In this document: piece by piece, positions 25,466 through 35,677 of the stretch
Layout: every line of letters begins with the position of its first letter
How positions within the stretch are numbered: position 1 is the first letter of the stretch
IMG/VR virus record: IMGVR_UViG_3300023180_005138
Span: 1-64,000 of that record
DNA length: 64,000 bases
From: a virus
Strand: one strand, 5' to 3'
Program-made: the position numbers and the translations under genes
Notes under the pieces: generated by a model
The model's database searches: none
Told to the model about the DNA's origin: nothing
What the model saw: the letters and a program-made list of their open reading frames with translations, nothing else

Positions 25466-25861
25466 ATGTTATACGAAATCTTAAAATTTCCTACTGTTTC
25501 TGATGACAGAGGCAATCTAACCTATATTAATAATCTTGAACAAATTCCTTTTGAAATTAAAAGAATGTTTACTGTTGATAGCGTCCCTGCCGGAGCTGTC
25601 AGAGGCGGTCATGCACATCATCAGCTTCAAGAAGTCTTAATTCCAATTTATGGAAGATTTATCGCTTATTTATCAGACGGAAAAACATCAGAAGAAGTAG
25701 AGATGATTAATCCTAGAACTGGTTTATTATTATATCCTCATATTTGGAGAGAAATAAAAGGGTATACAAAAGGAGCAATTTGTTTATCTCTTTGCTCTAT
25801 GACTTTTGATGAGTCTGACTATATTCACACATGGGAAGAATTTAAAAAAATATATGTCTAA
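25466..25861 (+). CDS. fdtA: dTDP-6-deoxy-3,4-keto-hexulose isomerase (FdtA/QdtA cupin)
   Basis: DDRGNL...IPFEIKR, RGGHAHH, GLLL.P.IWRE, FDESDYI. Confidence 0.88.
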   Translation: MLYEILKFPTVSDDRGNLTYINNLEQIPFEIKRMFTVDSVPAGAVRGGHAHHQLQEVLIPIYGRFIAYLSDGKTSEEVEMINPRTGLLLYPHIWREIKGYTKGAICLSLCSMTFDESDYIHTWEEFKKIYV

Positions 25862-26792
25862 AACTGTATTAGTAACTGGTGGATTAGGATTTATTGGTAA
25901 ACATTTTGTAAGTGAGTTGTTACATAAGGGCCATAACGTGATCAATATTGATTGTTACACTTATGCAGCGGATAGACACACTTCAAAAATATTTAAACAA
26001 AAGCCAAACTATATAGAATCAAGAGAATATATTCACAATTTAGGATATTTACCTATATGTGATTATGTAGTACATTTTGCAGCTGAGTCCCACGTAGATA
26101 ATTCTATTGCTGATAGCTCTAAATTTATTCATAGTAATATTACAGGTACACACCATATATTAGAATTATTAAGACGTATGCCAGAGAGTCATCGTCCTCA
26201 TTTAATTCATATTAGCACAGACGAAGTATATGGAGATTCTCAACCTAATCAACAGTTTCTAGAGACTGATATATTAAATCCTTCAAGTCCATATTCTGCC
26301 TCAAAAGCAGCAGCGGAACATTTAGTTACTTCTTATGCTAGAACATATGATATATCTTATAATATAGTTAGAATGACAAATTGTTTTGGTAATGACCAAT
26401 ACCCAGAAAAACTTATTCCTACTATTTGTATGAATCTTAAAAAAGATAAGCCTATACCAATTCACGGAACTGGAAATTATGTAAGAACTTGGTTATGGGT
26501 ACAAGACGCGGTAAAAGCTATAGAAACTATTATACAAACTGGCAATAAAAATGAAATTTATAACGTTTCAGGAGACTGGAGATTTTCTGTGCTAGAAATT
26601 GTTGACTTTTTCTGTAAAGTAGCAGGAAAAGGAGAGACAAAACTAGTAAAAAATAGACCTGGGCAAGATTTAGACTATCATATTAATGATGATAAAATTA
26701 GAAAACTTGGCTGGAATCCTACAAAAGGACCTGCTGAACTAGCAGAGGTCATCTATAGAAACTTTAATCCTAATAGATTTATAACAAAATAA
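25854..26792 (+). CDS. rmlB: dTDP-glucose 4,6-dehydratase
   Basis: VTGGLGFIG, D..TYAA, HFAAESHVDNSI, ISTDEVYG, PSSPYSASKA, QYPEKLIP; start moved to 25854. Confidence 0.93.
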   Translation: MSKTVLVTGGLGFIGKHFVSELLHKGHNVINIDCYTYAADRHTSKIFKQKPNYIESREYIHNLGYLPICDYVVHFAAESHVDNSIADSSKFIHSNITGTHHILELLRRMPESHRPHLIHISTDEVYGDSQPNQQFLETDILNPSSPYSASKAAAEHLVTSYARTYDISYNIVRMTNCFGNDQYPEKLIPTICMNLKKDKPIPIHGTGNYVRTWLWVQDAVKAIETIIQTGNKNEIYNVSGDWRFSVLEIVDFFCKVAGKGETKLVKNRPGQDLDYHINDDKIRKLGWNPTKGPAELAEVIYRNFNPNRFITK

Positions 26793-27481
26793 TGAATATT
26801 TATATAAGAGTTAGCGAAAACCAAAAAACAATTAGTGGCGTTGATAGATGGAATTCTTATGATAAAAGAATGACACTTAAAAAGTGTTGGATGTCTCTTA
26901 TGATTAATGTTACTAGTGAAGATTTTATTACTATATATCACCACGATGTAAGAGATGAGACTCTTAACTGGTTATCTAATAAATGTTCAACTCTCCACAA
27001 TTTTGTAAAGATAAACTCATTAGAAGAAAGTTTTTTAGTGCCTTTAGAAGATATGAAGTCTAATCTAAAAGCAGAAAAGGATAAAAACAAATTATACGCG
27101 TTATTAGAGGATGATTATCTTTGGAATGGAAATGCGTTAAGAACTATAAAAGACGCTACTAAACATTGGAAAGGTTTTATAGCCCCTAATGATACTCCTG
27201 CTAATTATAAAGATTTTACACAAGCGCATATATTATTAGGACAAGATAGACATTGGAGAACTACTAACTATATTTCTTGGAATTTAATAGGCACACAAGA
27301 AATATTTTCTACTTTTATAGACGATATTATAGCTTCTGGTACTGATATAAAAGAATTAAATAATATTTTAAATAAAACTAAATGTATAAATCCATTACCA
27401 GGAGTCGCCACTCATTGTAAACAAGAAGATATGACTCCTTTAGTAAACTGGGATTATGTATGGGACGGAATTAAATTATGA
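26792..27481 (+). CDS. Glycosyltransferase-like (GT-A) protein
   Basis: LLEDDYLW DxD-like motif, PGVATH; cluster context. Confidence 0.5.
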   Translation: MNIYIRVSENQKTISGVDRWNSYDKRMTLKKCWMSLMINVTSEDFITIYHHDVRDETLNWLSNKCSTLHNFVKINSLEESFLVPLEDMKSNLKAEKDKNKLYALLEDDYLWNGNALRTIKDATKHWKGFIAPNDTPANYKDFTQAHILLGQDRHWRTTNYISWNLIGTQEIFSTFIDDIIASGTDIKELNNILNKTKCINPLPGVATHCKQEDMTPLVNWDYVWDGIKL

Positions 27482-28497
27482 AAAAAGTATATATTACAGG
27501 AGCTGCCGGTCTTATAGGATCTGAGCTTGTTAGATTGTTTGTTTCTGTAGGAGCAAAAGTCAAATGTTGTGACACATTAATTGGAGGTCTTGACTCTAAT
27601 TTAACTAGATTTAAGAACAATATTGATTATAAACCAATTGATATTTTAGATTTTAAGTCTTTAAAAGAGCATATGGAAGGGGTAGACGCAGTATTTCATT
27701 GTGCTGCTTTACCATATGAAGGGTTATCAGTATTTTCCCCTAAAGTTGTAGCAGAAAATATTGTAGGAGGTACTGTTAGTGTAGCTTCTGCTTGTATTGC
27801 TAACAATGTTAAGAAACTATTTAACTTTTCTTCAATGGCTAGATATGGAGCACAAGAACCTCCTTTTACAGAAGATATGCCTAGAAAACCAGAAGACCCT
27901 TATGGACTAGCTAAAGCACAAGCAGAAGAACACCTAGAGCTACTAAGTAAATTACATGGATTAAGTTTTACTACTATTGTACCACACAACGTTATTGGAG
28001 TAGGACAAAGATATATGGACCCTTATAGAAATGTAGTAGCGATCATGATTAATCGAGTATTACAGAAAAAAACAATTATTATATACGGAGACGGACAACA
28101 AAAAAGAAGTTTTTCTAACATTCAAGATTGTGGAAGAGCTATTTGGCATTTGTATGAGTCCGAAAAAGATTTAACAGGACAAGTGTTTAATATAGGCCCT
28201 GATGACAATGAAACGACTATTAAAGATCTAGCACATCGAATCGGGCATCATTGTGGTATTTATCCAAGAATTGATTACTACCCAGATAGACCAGCAGAAG
28301 TTAAAAATGCTTGGTGTTCTTCAGAGAAAATTAAAACGCAATTTAATTATAATACTACTAAAAGTCTAGATGATACAATAGTAGAAATGATAAACTGGAT
28401 TTCAGAAAGAGGACCTGAGCCTTTTGTTTATGACTCTCTTTCCTTAGAATTTATTACAGAAAATACTCCCGCAACTTGGGTAGAAAGGTTAATTTAA
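27478..28497 (+). CDS. NAD-dependent epimerase/dehydratase
   Basis: ITGAAGLIG, FHCAA, SSMARYG, PYGLAK, GDGQQKRSF. Confidence 0.9.
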   Translation: MKKVYITGAAGLIGSELVRLFVSVGAKVKCCDTLIGGLDSNLTRFKNNIDYKPIDILDFKSLKEHMEGVDAVFHCAALPYEGLSVFSPKVVAENIVGGTVSVASACIANNVKKLFNFSSMARYGAQEPPFTEDMPRKPEDPYGLAKAQAEEHLELLSKLHGLSFTTIVPHNVIGVGQRYMDPYRNVVAIMINRVLQKKTIIIYGDGQQKRSFSNIQDCGRAIWHLYESEKDLTGQVFNIGPDDNETTIKDLAHRIGHHCGIYPRIDYYPDRPAEVKNAWCSSEKIKTQFNYNTTKSLDDTIVEMINWISERGPEPFVYDSLSLEFITENTPATWVERLI

Positions 28498-29238
28498 ATG
28501 GCTACTATTATTTGTCCATATGTGTTTCCAGAAGAGATAGCAGGATTAAAAGACTCACTTTGGGAGTTAGATACTATATTTGAACAAGATACGTCAAAAA
28601 TAGGATCAGATATGATGTATCAAAAACTTTGGAAACAAACCGATGATGACATTATCATTCTTCATGCGGATATGCACCCTTTACCAGAAGATACAACCCA
28701 TATGTGGTATAAAGAATTAGTTAATTACGCAGAAAAATATCCAGAAGCAGGTATGTTAGGATGTAAGCTTCTTTATCCTGCTAAGAATGAAGAAGGTAAG
28801 TTTATTATTCAACACGCAGGAGGAAAAATTAATGAAGACGGAACTGCCGATCATTTTGGAAGCGGTTTTAGGATGGAAGATAAGAAATTCTGGAAAGCTC
28901 CAGAAGTTGATACTGGACAGTATGATAAAATTAGAGAAGTCGCTTGGTGCACCTTTGGAGGGTTATATATTAGAAGAAAAGTACTTGATGAAATAGGAGA
29001 TTTTGATGTGTCTTTTGAGTATACATACGAGAGAGATGTAGATTATTGTATGGAAACTCGTAAAGCTGGTTGGAAAATATATATGACTCCTTCAACTTTG
29101 ATTCACTGGGAAAGTAAAGATAATAAAAGAGTTATGACACAAAATCTTTATGACGCTCAAGCAAGAAATAAAGAAAGACTTAAAGAAAAATGGCAAGGAA
29201 CCGAATGGTTTAAAACCGTAGATACAGAGGTAGCTTAA
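28498..29238 (+). CDS. Glycosyltransferase family 2
   Basis: ILHAD, LGCKLLYP, QHAGG, GGLYIRR..L..IG.FD, E.D.DYC. Confidence 0.85.
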   Translation: MATIICPYVFPEEIAGLKDSLWELDTIFEQDTSKIGSDMMYQKLWKQTDDDIIILHADMHPLPEDTTHMWYKELVNYAEKYPEAGMLGCKLLYPAKNEEGKFIIQHAGGKINEDGTADHFGSGFRMEDKKFWKAPEVDTGQYDKIREVAWCTFGGLYIRRKVLDEIGDFDVSFEYTYERDVDYCMETRKAGWKIYMTPSTLIHWESKDNKRVMTQNLYDAQARNKERLKEKWQGTEWFKTVDTEVA

Positions 29239-29516
29239 TGGATGAGGAAAATATTTTTGTGATATCAAAAGAACATGCGATTGAAATTTTATCAGAAAAA
29301 ACTAAAAGCTACTTTTCAGGAGATAAAGTAAAGAACAATGTAATATATCTTACAGCATGGTTATTAATTGTAGCAGTTATAGGAATTACATGTTTAAGTA
29401 CTGCTATATTACTAATAATAACTGGTCCTTTCTTTTTACTAGAGTACATTATTAGAAAAATATTTAATAGAGGAGATAAAGTCAATGAAAACAATTACGC
29501 AATTGACGAAGAATAA
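29238..29516 (+). CDS. Small membrane protein
   Basis: Long hydrophobic stretch. Confidence 0.5.
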   Translation: MDEENIFVISKEHAIEILSEKTKSYFSGDKVKNNVIYLTAWLLIVAVIGITCLSTAILLIITGPFFLLEYIIRKIFNRGDKVNENNYAIDEE

Positions 29517-30189
29517 AATTATTGAAGCTTTTCATCAAGCCGAATTAGATAACTCAGGGCTTAGAGAGTTTGAAAGAGATTTATATGGAGCTAGTGGAAG
29601 AAAAACTAGACACGCAATTAATAATATTTGTGGAATAAAAGAAGGACTTACGTACTTAGAATTAGGAGTTTATAGGGGATCTACTTTAGTAGCTGCTAAT
29701 TATAATAATAAGTTGACTACATATGCTGTAGATGATTTTACTATGGATATTAAAGAACCAAAACAATACAAAGAGAATGGTTGGAGTAATGCTAGACAAG
29801 CTACTGTAGACCTATTAAATAGGTATAAATTTTCAAATGTCAATATCATTGAAGAAGATGCTTTTAAAGTAGATGTTAAAAAAATAGCAAAAAAAGTGGA
29901 TATTATACACTATGATTTAGATGAACATCACGCTAATGTAGAACAAATTTTAAGAAAATACTTATCAGTGTTTGATAAGCATACTGTGTTAATGTTCTCA
30001 AACTGGAATTCTAATGGAGTCAGAAAAGCATTTGCTCAGTTTACTAAAACTCCTGGGATTGAGATTGAGCCTCTTTTTGAAAAGCTTAGTAATAACGCAG
30101 GAGATAGTATGAATTGGTACAATGGTTTTGCTGTTTTCTTATTTACTCTAAACACAAAAGAAGTTGAAAAAGAGGTAAAAAATGATTAA
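29485..30189 (+). CDS. Class I SAM-dependent methyltransferase (Methyltransf_24-like)
   Basis: YLELGVYRGST motif I, VDDF, IIHYD, WYNG. Confidence 0.8.
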   Translation: MKTITQLTKNKIIEAFHQAELDNSGLREFERDLYGASGRKTRHAINNICGIKEGLTYLELGVYRGSTLVAANYNNKLTTYAVDDFTMDIKEPKQYKENGWSNARQATVDLLNRYKFSNVNIIEEDAFKVDVKKIAKKVDIIHYDLDEHHANVEQILRKYLSVFDKHTVLMFSNWNSNGVRKAFAQFTKTPGIEIEPLFEKLSNNAGDSMNWYNGFAVFLFTLNTKEVEKEVKND

Positions 30190-31003
30190 AAAATCGGTAA
30201 TTTCTTTAATTAGTTATGATGCACATTTACTCCCTAATAGTATAAAATCTTACTATGATTACGTAGACGAGATTGTACTAGGATTAGATAAAGATAGATT
30301 TACTTGGAGTCACCAATCTTTTACATTTGACGAAAATAAACTTTGGGCAGAATTAAAAAAGATCGACACAAAAGGCAAAATTTCAGTAATTGAAGAGCAT
30401 TTTCATCCAAGTGGGCTTGCTATTGAAAATGATAACTATGAAAGAAATGTTTTAAAATCTCATTGCACTAATGACTGGATTATGTCTTTTGATGCAGACG
30501 AAGAATTGATTAATCCAAAAGAGTTCTTTTACTCTTGGTGTCCTTTGTTTGAGCCTTATTATAAAAAGTACGATTTAACTTTTACTTGGTTTTTGCCTTG
30601 GAAAGAGTTTGAAGAAGATATTCTTATGATTGCAGAGGAAGATACAAGTTTTATTAAATCAGAAAGACAAGGATTCGCTACATATAAAAATAATCAATTT
30701 ACCTATGCTAGATGGACTAATAATCAATTTAGAATAGAAACTCCTCTGTGTATCTTACATTGGAGTCTTTGCCGAAACGAAAAAGACTTAAATCAAAAAA
30801 TTAATAATATTGGTCACTCTGATAGAGTAAAAGAAGATCCTTTTTTTGATATTTGGAAACAGACTACTTTACAAAATTATGAACAATTAAGAAATTTTAA
30901 GACTTCTGGGCTAGGAGATCCAAAGCAGTGGGCTAGATTAACTAAAATTAAAAGAGCCGAATTAAATGATATATGTAAAATGGAAGCACAGAGGGTATAC
31001 TAA
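30182..31003 (+). CDS. Glycosyltransferase-like (GT-A) protein
   Basis: ERN...C.NDWIMSFDADE, LHWS. Confidence 0.7.
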   Translation: MIKKSVISLISYDAHLLPNSIKSYYDYVDEIVLGLDKDRFTWSHQSFTFDENKLWAELKKIDTKGKISVIEEHFHPSGLAIENDNYERNVLKSHCTNDWIMSFDADEELINPKEFFYSWCPLFEPYYKKYDLTFTWFLPWKEFEEDILMIAEEDTSFIKSERQGFATYKNNQFTYARWTNNQFRIETPLCILHWSLCRNEKDLNQKINNIGHSDRVKEDPFFDIWKQTTLQNYEQLRNFKTSGLGDPKQWARLTKIKRAELNDICKMEAQRVY

Positions 31004-32166
31004 TGATAACAGTTGAAATATTAGGGAAATTTTTTGACAATCACTCACTAGCTATAATTAATAGAAAGCTAGCTGTTGGATTAAGTAAAAATAAAAACAT
31101 AAATACTATTATTACTCCGTTAGATTCTTATGATAGTTCCCACAAAGTAAATAAATCAGAAATTAAAGTTTTAAAGGGTATTTTACAAAAATCCGAAAAT
31201 GTAGAACCTGATATTCAAATTAGACACACCTATCCTCCTATTTGGAGATGGCCTGTTTCTGAAAAAACTAAAATTTTATTTATTCAACCTTGGGAATATT
31301 CAAAAGTACCATTTGAATGGCAATACAAATGGGAAAATTTTGCTGACGGAGTAATTACTCCTAGTATGTGGACAGGAGATAAATTTTTAGAAGGAGGGTT
31401 AGATCCAAATAGACTTTTTGTAGTTCCAAATGGTTATGACCCAACTATATTTAATACTAAACCGGAAGAGTCAAGGTTTTTTGACGCTAAAAAATTCACA
31501 TACTTATTTGTAGGTAATCATCAAGCTAGAAAAGGTCTAGATACCTTATTAAATGTTTGGAAAGAGTCTTTTGTTAGAGCTGATAACGTACAACTATTTA
31601 TTAAAGATACTCCTCAAATTTATGGACAGAACAATTTATTATCCCAAATTCTAAGTTTGCAATATCATGTAGACTGTGGTAAAATTATATATAATTCAGA
31701 CCTATTATCTGATCAAGATATGGCAAATATCTATAAAAATTCTAAAGTAGTAGTTCATCCATATAGAGGCGAAGGGTTTGGTATGCATATACAAGAATCT
31801 GTAGCGTGCGGTGCCTATCCTATTATTAGTGATCAAGGACCTACAGAAGAGTTTATTCCTAGAGAAATTGGCGCTAGAATCACAACGAACAGAAAACATG
31901 TTAATATTACAGACCCAGAGCTTTTTGCCCTAAAACCTGGGGATAGTGTTACTAATATGGGTGGACATGCTTGGATTCTTGATCCTGATGCAAATAATTT
32001 AAAGTTTCAAATGAAATTAATCTATCAGCATCACGAAAGAAAAAGAATTTTAGAAACTGTAAAGAACTATAATAACCCTAATACTTGGGACGCTATTATT
32101 GAAAATTACATTAATGTAATTACAGGAGTATATAATAATGAACAAAGACCAAGAAGATACACTTAG
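31003..32166 (+). CDS. Glycosyltransferase family 4 (GT-B)
   Basis: VPNGYD, FLFVG..RKG, HPYRGEGFGM...E..ACG...I. Confidence 0.9.
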   Translation: MITVEILGKFFDNHSLAIINRKLAVGLSKNKNINTIITPLDSYDSSHKVNKSEIKVLKGILQKSENVEPDIQIRHTYPPIWRWPVSEKTKILFIQPWEYSKVPFEWQYKWENFADGVITPSMWTGDKFLEGGLDPNRLFVVPNGYDPTIFNTKPEESRFFDAKKFTYLFVGNHQARKGLDTLLNVWKESFVRADNVQLFIKDTPQIYGQNNLLSQILSLQYHVDCGKIIYNSDLLSDQDMANIYKNSKVVVHPYRGEGFGMHIQESVACGAYPIISDQGPTEEFIPREIGARITTNRKHVNITDPELFALKPGDSVTNMGGHAWILDPDANNLKFQMKLIYQHHERKRILETVKNYNNPNTWDAIIENYINVITGVYNNEQRPRRYT

Positions 32167-32584
32167 TATATGGAGCTATATAGAACAACCAAAAACTTTA
32201 GATGAAAAAATCTTAAGAGATTTTCATGGTAATGCTCCTATAGTAGACGAAAATCAAATAGAAAACCCTACAGTAGATGACGAATGTATAAAGTATTTTA
32301 ATACTCTTATAAAAGAAAAGAATGATTTTATAAGAATAGCTATTGAGGGAGGCGGATGCTCTGGTTTTCAATATGCTTTTTATATTAATGATCCAGAGAT
32401 AGAAGATTCTGATATTATTATAAATGAGTCTCCTAAAGTAGTTATAGATTGCGAAAGTATTAAGTATATGAAAGGTGCTATCATAAGATATGAAACAGCT
32501 CCTTTTAATCAAAGAGTTTATGTAGACAACCCAGGAGCAAAATCTAGTTGTGGTTGTGGAGAGTCTTTTTCTTATGAATTTTAA
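32138..32584 (+). CDS. A-type Fe-S cluster carrier (IscA/ErpA/HesB)
   Basis: GGGCSGFQY, NP.A..SCGCGESF. Confidence 0.92.
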   Translation: MNKDQEDTLSIWSYIEQPKTLDEKILRDFHGNAPIVDENQIENPTVDDECIKYFNTLIKEKNDFIRIAIEGGGCSGFQYAFYINDPEIEDSDIIINESPKVVIDCESIKYMKGAIIRYETAPFNQRVYVDNPGAKSSCGCGESFSYEF

Positions 32585-33197
32585 CTGGATAAAAACAGAA
32601 AGTAGACTACCGTGGCTTCCTTTAGATATTTCTATTCCATACGAAGAAATGTTAGAGGAGGCTAAAAAAGTTAAAGAACGTTTTGTTTCACATAGAGACG
32701 GAGACTCTCCTGGAGGCTATAGACATCGAGGTTGGAAGAGCTTATGTATTCATGGAATAGAAGAGACTAAGACTAATCATTTTACTTCTTATGGATATAA
32801 GTCTCACGAAGATACCCCCTATAGATGGACTAAAACAGCTTTTTTATGTCCAATTACAACTAACTGGTTAATTAATAAGTTTCCAATGGAAAAATATTTT
32901 AGAGTTCGTTTTATGTTATTAGAACCAAATGGTTTTATTGCTCCTCATAGAGATATGGATAAAAATATGTTATCACCAGTAAATATAGCACTTAATCATC
33001 CCACTGGTTGTATATTTAAGATGGAGACTCATGGGGTAGTTCCTATGGAACCAGGATCTGTAATGTTGTTAGACGTAGGAAATACTCACGCCTATATTAA
33101 TAAGTCTGATGAAGATAGATATCATATTATTATTCATGGGGTAGAAAATGATAGGTATAGAAAGTTAGTAGAAGAGAGCTATAATAAATATGCCTAA
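32574..33197 (+). CDS. Aspartyl/asparaginyl beta-hydroxylase-like 2OG-Fe(II) oxygenase
   Basis: RVRFMLLEPNG.IAPH.D, NIAL, DVGNTH, RYHIIIH; start moved to 32574. Confidence 0.8.
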   Translation: MNFNWIKTESRLPWLPLDISIPYEEMLEEAKKVKERFVSHRDGDSPGGYRHRGWKSLCIHGIEETKTNHFTSYGYKSHEDTPYRWTKTAFLCPITTNWLINKFPMEKYFRVRFMLLEPNGFIAPHRDMDKNMLSPVNIALNHPTGCIFKMETHGVVPMEPGSVMLLDVGNTHAYINKSDEDRYHIIIHGVENDRYRKLVEESYNKYA

Positions 33198-34548
33198 ATA
33201 TATAATCGGTATTTATGATGACAGAGATCAGATATATAAAAAAGATTTAGCAAATAGATATAAAGAATTAACTGAATTTTTTATTAGACATATGAGTTCT
33301 CCTACTCCCAGAGAATTACTTTATGGAAATTCTATCAATGAGGTTTTAAATAAAGCAATAAAAACAGAAAATACTCATTGTTTAATAATGTCTATAGGTC
33401 ATTTTATTCGAAGTCCTACCTTTTTTAAATATATAGATGAATGGATAAATAAAATAGACTTTTTCATAACTGGGCATATAATTGATAAAGATTCGGGCAA
33501 TTCACAAGAAAACAGTGATAATCATTATTATGGATTACACAAACAATGTCTATTAGTTAATTTAAAATATTACGAAGAGTTTAAAAAACCTGACTGGGGG
33601 GTAAATGTTAGAGATTCTGGTATGCCAGAAAAAGTAGCTGTAGCAAAGCGCTCTTCAGATAATATTCATGACGACTATACACCTTTATTCTTAGACCCTA
33701 CACAAGATACAAAAGTATGTACTCCTTATGTAGATGGATGGAACTTTATTAATACCTCATTAAATAATAATTTAAAAGTATATAATTTTCATCCTAAGAT
33801 AAGAGTTACTAAAAGATATGCATACCCTAACAAAGATTTAGATACCCTAAAAGAACAGCTTAATTGGATAGTAAACATATTAAATGGTGCTACAGACTGT
33901 GTATTTTTTTGGAACACAGAAGCTATGTTTGATGTTAAAAGATATACGAAAAAAGTACAAAAACCAATTAAAAAACTATATTCTGTAGCTGCCGGATTCA
34001 AACCCAACTATATGTTACATTCTATAGGTTTTACAGATACTACAGAAATCGTTTACTTTGATTATAGTAAACAAGCACTTAGTTTTAAAAAAGCCTTAAT
34101 AGACCTTTGGGACGGAAGAGATTATCCCAATTTTTTAAGAGAGTTAAAGAAAAAATTTAAAGTAAATGAAACTTTCGGAGCACAAACAGAGGGTAAGTCT
34201 TATGAAGAGCTGTGGGAAAGAGAATTAACTTATTGGGAGTCAGAAGAGACGTTCTACGAACACTGGCAACAATATAAAAAATTAAAACATACTTTTATAC
34301 ATTGTAATTTGTTAGAAAATTCAGAAAAACTAATAAAATTAATAGATGGTACGGAAGACTCTTATATTTGGTGGAGTAACTGTTTTCACACAGTAACAGC
34401 ACACTATACTATGCCTTTAAATGATTTAGAGAATTTATATAATAATTATGTAAAAAATATATACGAAAACAATAATAGTATAGTAGTATTTGGTGCAGAT
34501 CACATGAATAATAGAATAGAAGGAGTTAAAATTAGTGAATTACTTTAA
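33190..34548 (+). CDS. Hypothetical two-domain protein
   Basis: 452 aa ORF between two oxygenases; C-half has YSVAAG / FDYS elements weakly suggestive of a SAM-binding fold. Confidence 0.6.
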   Translation: MPKYIIGIYDDRDQIYKKDLANRYKELTEFFIRHMSSPTPRELLYGNSINEVLNKAIKTENTHCLIMSIGHFIRSPTFFKYIDEWINKIDFFITGHIIDKDSGNSQENSDNHYYGLHKQCLLVNLKYYEEFKKPDWGVNVRDSGMPEKVAVAKRSSDNIHDDYTPLFLDPTQDTKVCTPYVDGWNFINTSLNNNLKVYNFHPKIRVTKRYAYPNKDLDTLKEQLNWIVNILNGATDCVFFWNTEAMFDVKRYTKKVQKPIKKLYSVAAGFKPNYMLHSIGFTDTTEIVYFDYSKQALSFKKALIDLWDGRDYPNFLRELKKKFKVNETFGAQTEGKSYEELWERELTYWESEETFYEHWQQYKKLKHTFIHCNLLENSEKLIKLIDGTEDSYIWWSNCFHTVTAHYTMPLNDLENLYNNYVKNIYENNNSIVVFGADHMNNRIEGVKISELL

Positions 34549-35092
34549 GCCTAATTTTACTATCAGTGCTAGTTGGGATAAAGAAATAGAAAAACTTCCA
34601 TATTTTGCTTGTAATGATTATGATTTAAAAAATGCAATAACTGCCTGTGCTATAAAAAGTGCTACAGGAAAAGAAGATGACTTATATAAATCTGAACTAG
34701 AAGATATACCAAAAAATTATAAATATACTAGGTTGATGGAAGTTCCTATTATTAATAAGGTAGTAGATTACTTTAAATTTGAAACTACAAGAATAAGAGT
34801 CTTTAAACAAGAACCAAAACATTCTACTCCTATGCATATTGATAAAGACGATCCTACTATCATAAGAATGTGGATGGCTCTAAATGAAGATGAAAAATTT
34901 AAATTCTTTTTTGGAGAAGAAAAAGAAGAAATAGTTTTAAAAAAAGGAGAAATAATATTCTTTAATCCAAACTATTTACACGGTGCTATTAATTTAAGTA
35001 ATAAAAATAGGTATACTTTAAATATCTGTGGAATTCCTAATAAATGGATAAAAGAATTATTAGAAGTTAGGAACAAGGTAGTATTTTTATGA
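34535..35092 (+). CDS. Aspartyl/asparaginyl beta-hydroxylase-like oxygenase
   Basis: RIRVFKQEP...PMHID, RMWMAL, NPNYLHGA.N...RY.L. Confidence 0.75.
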   Translation: MNYFKPNFTISASWDKEIEKLPYFACNDYDLKNAITACAIKSATGKEDDLYKSELEDIPKNYKYTRLMEVPIINKVVDYFKFETTRIRVFKQEPKHSTPMHIDKDDPTIIRMWMALNEDEKFKFFFGEEKEEIVLKKGEIIFFNPNYLHGAINLSNKNRYTLNICGIPNKWIKELLEVRNKVVFL

Positions 35093-35367
35093 TTGATATA
35101 GACGTTTTTAAAAAACCAAATGAAAATGTAGTAAAAGTTACTATGAGTGAATTTAGAGGACAAGTTTATGTACATATTCGAGACTATCAAATGGATGGTG
35201 ATACTGGATACTGGTTTCCAACCAAGAATGGGTATGCCTTTATTGCAGAAGAAACAGACTCCATTATACAAGCACTAGGAGAAGCTAGCGAATTTTACGC
35301 TAAGTATTCTAGAAACTTAGAAACAGCAGAACAACTGGAATTTAATTTTAGGGAAGAAAATGATTAA
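35089..35367 (+). CDS. PC4-like ssDNA-binding protein
   Basis: V.MSEFRG..YVHIR.Y......W.PTK.G. Confidence 0.8.
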   Translation: MIDIDVFKKPNENVVKVTMSEFRGQVYVHIRDYQMDGDTGYWFPTKNGYAFIAEETDSIIQALGEASEFYAKYSRNLETAEQLEFNFREEND

Positions 35368-35675
35368 TGAGTATTAAAGCATGGTCAGACGAACAAGAAG
35401 CATCTTTAATAGATTTATATACAAATCAAAATAGGACAGATGTACACGAACTAGCAAAACATTTTGGAAAAGGATATAGGTCTGTAATTAGTAAGCTAGT
35501 ACAACTTAAAATATATCAAAAACCAGAAGACTTAGAAGAAAGTAAAACTAAAACAGTTAAAACTATGTTAAGAGAAATAGAAGAGTTGTTAGAGATTCAA
35601 ATTGAAGGTATTAACCTTAATAAAAAAGAAAATCTCGTAAAACTAGTAGAAGCTTTAAATAGTAAATTAGGTTAA
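35367..35675 (+). CDS. T5 D3-like DNA-binding protein
   Basis: W..E.E..L..Y...E.AK.FG...RSV.SKL...K.YQK, recalls T5 D3; syntenic. Confidence 0.6.
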   Translation: MSIKAWSDEQEASLIDLYTNQNRTDVHELAKHFGKGYRSVISKLVQLKIYQKPEDLEESKTKTVKTMLREIEELLEIQIEGINLNKKENLVKLVEALNSKLG

Positions 35676-35677
35676 AT

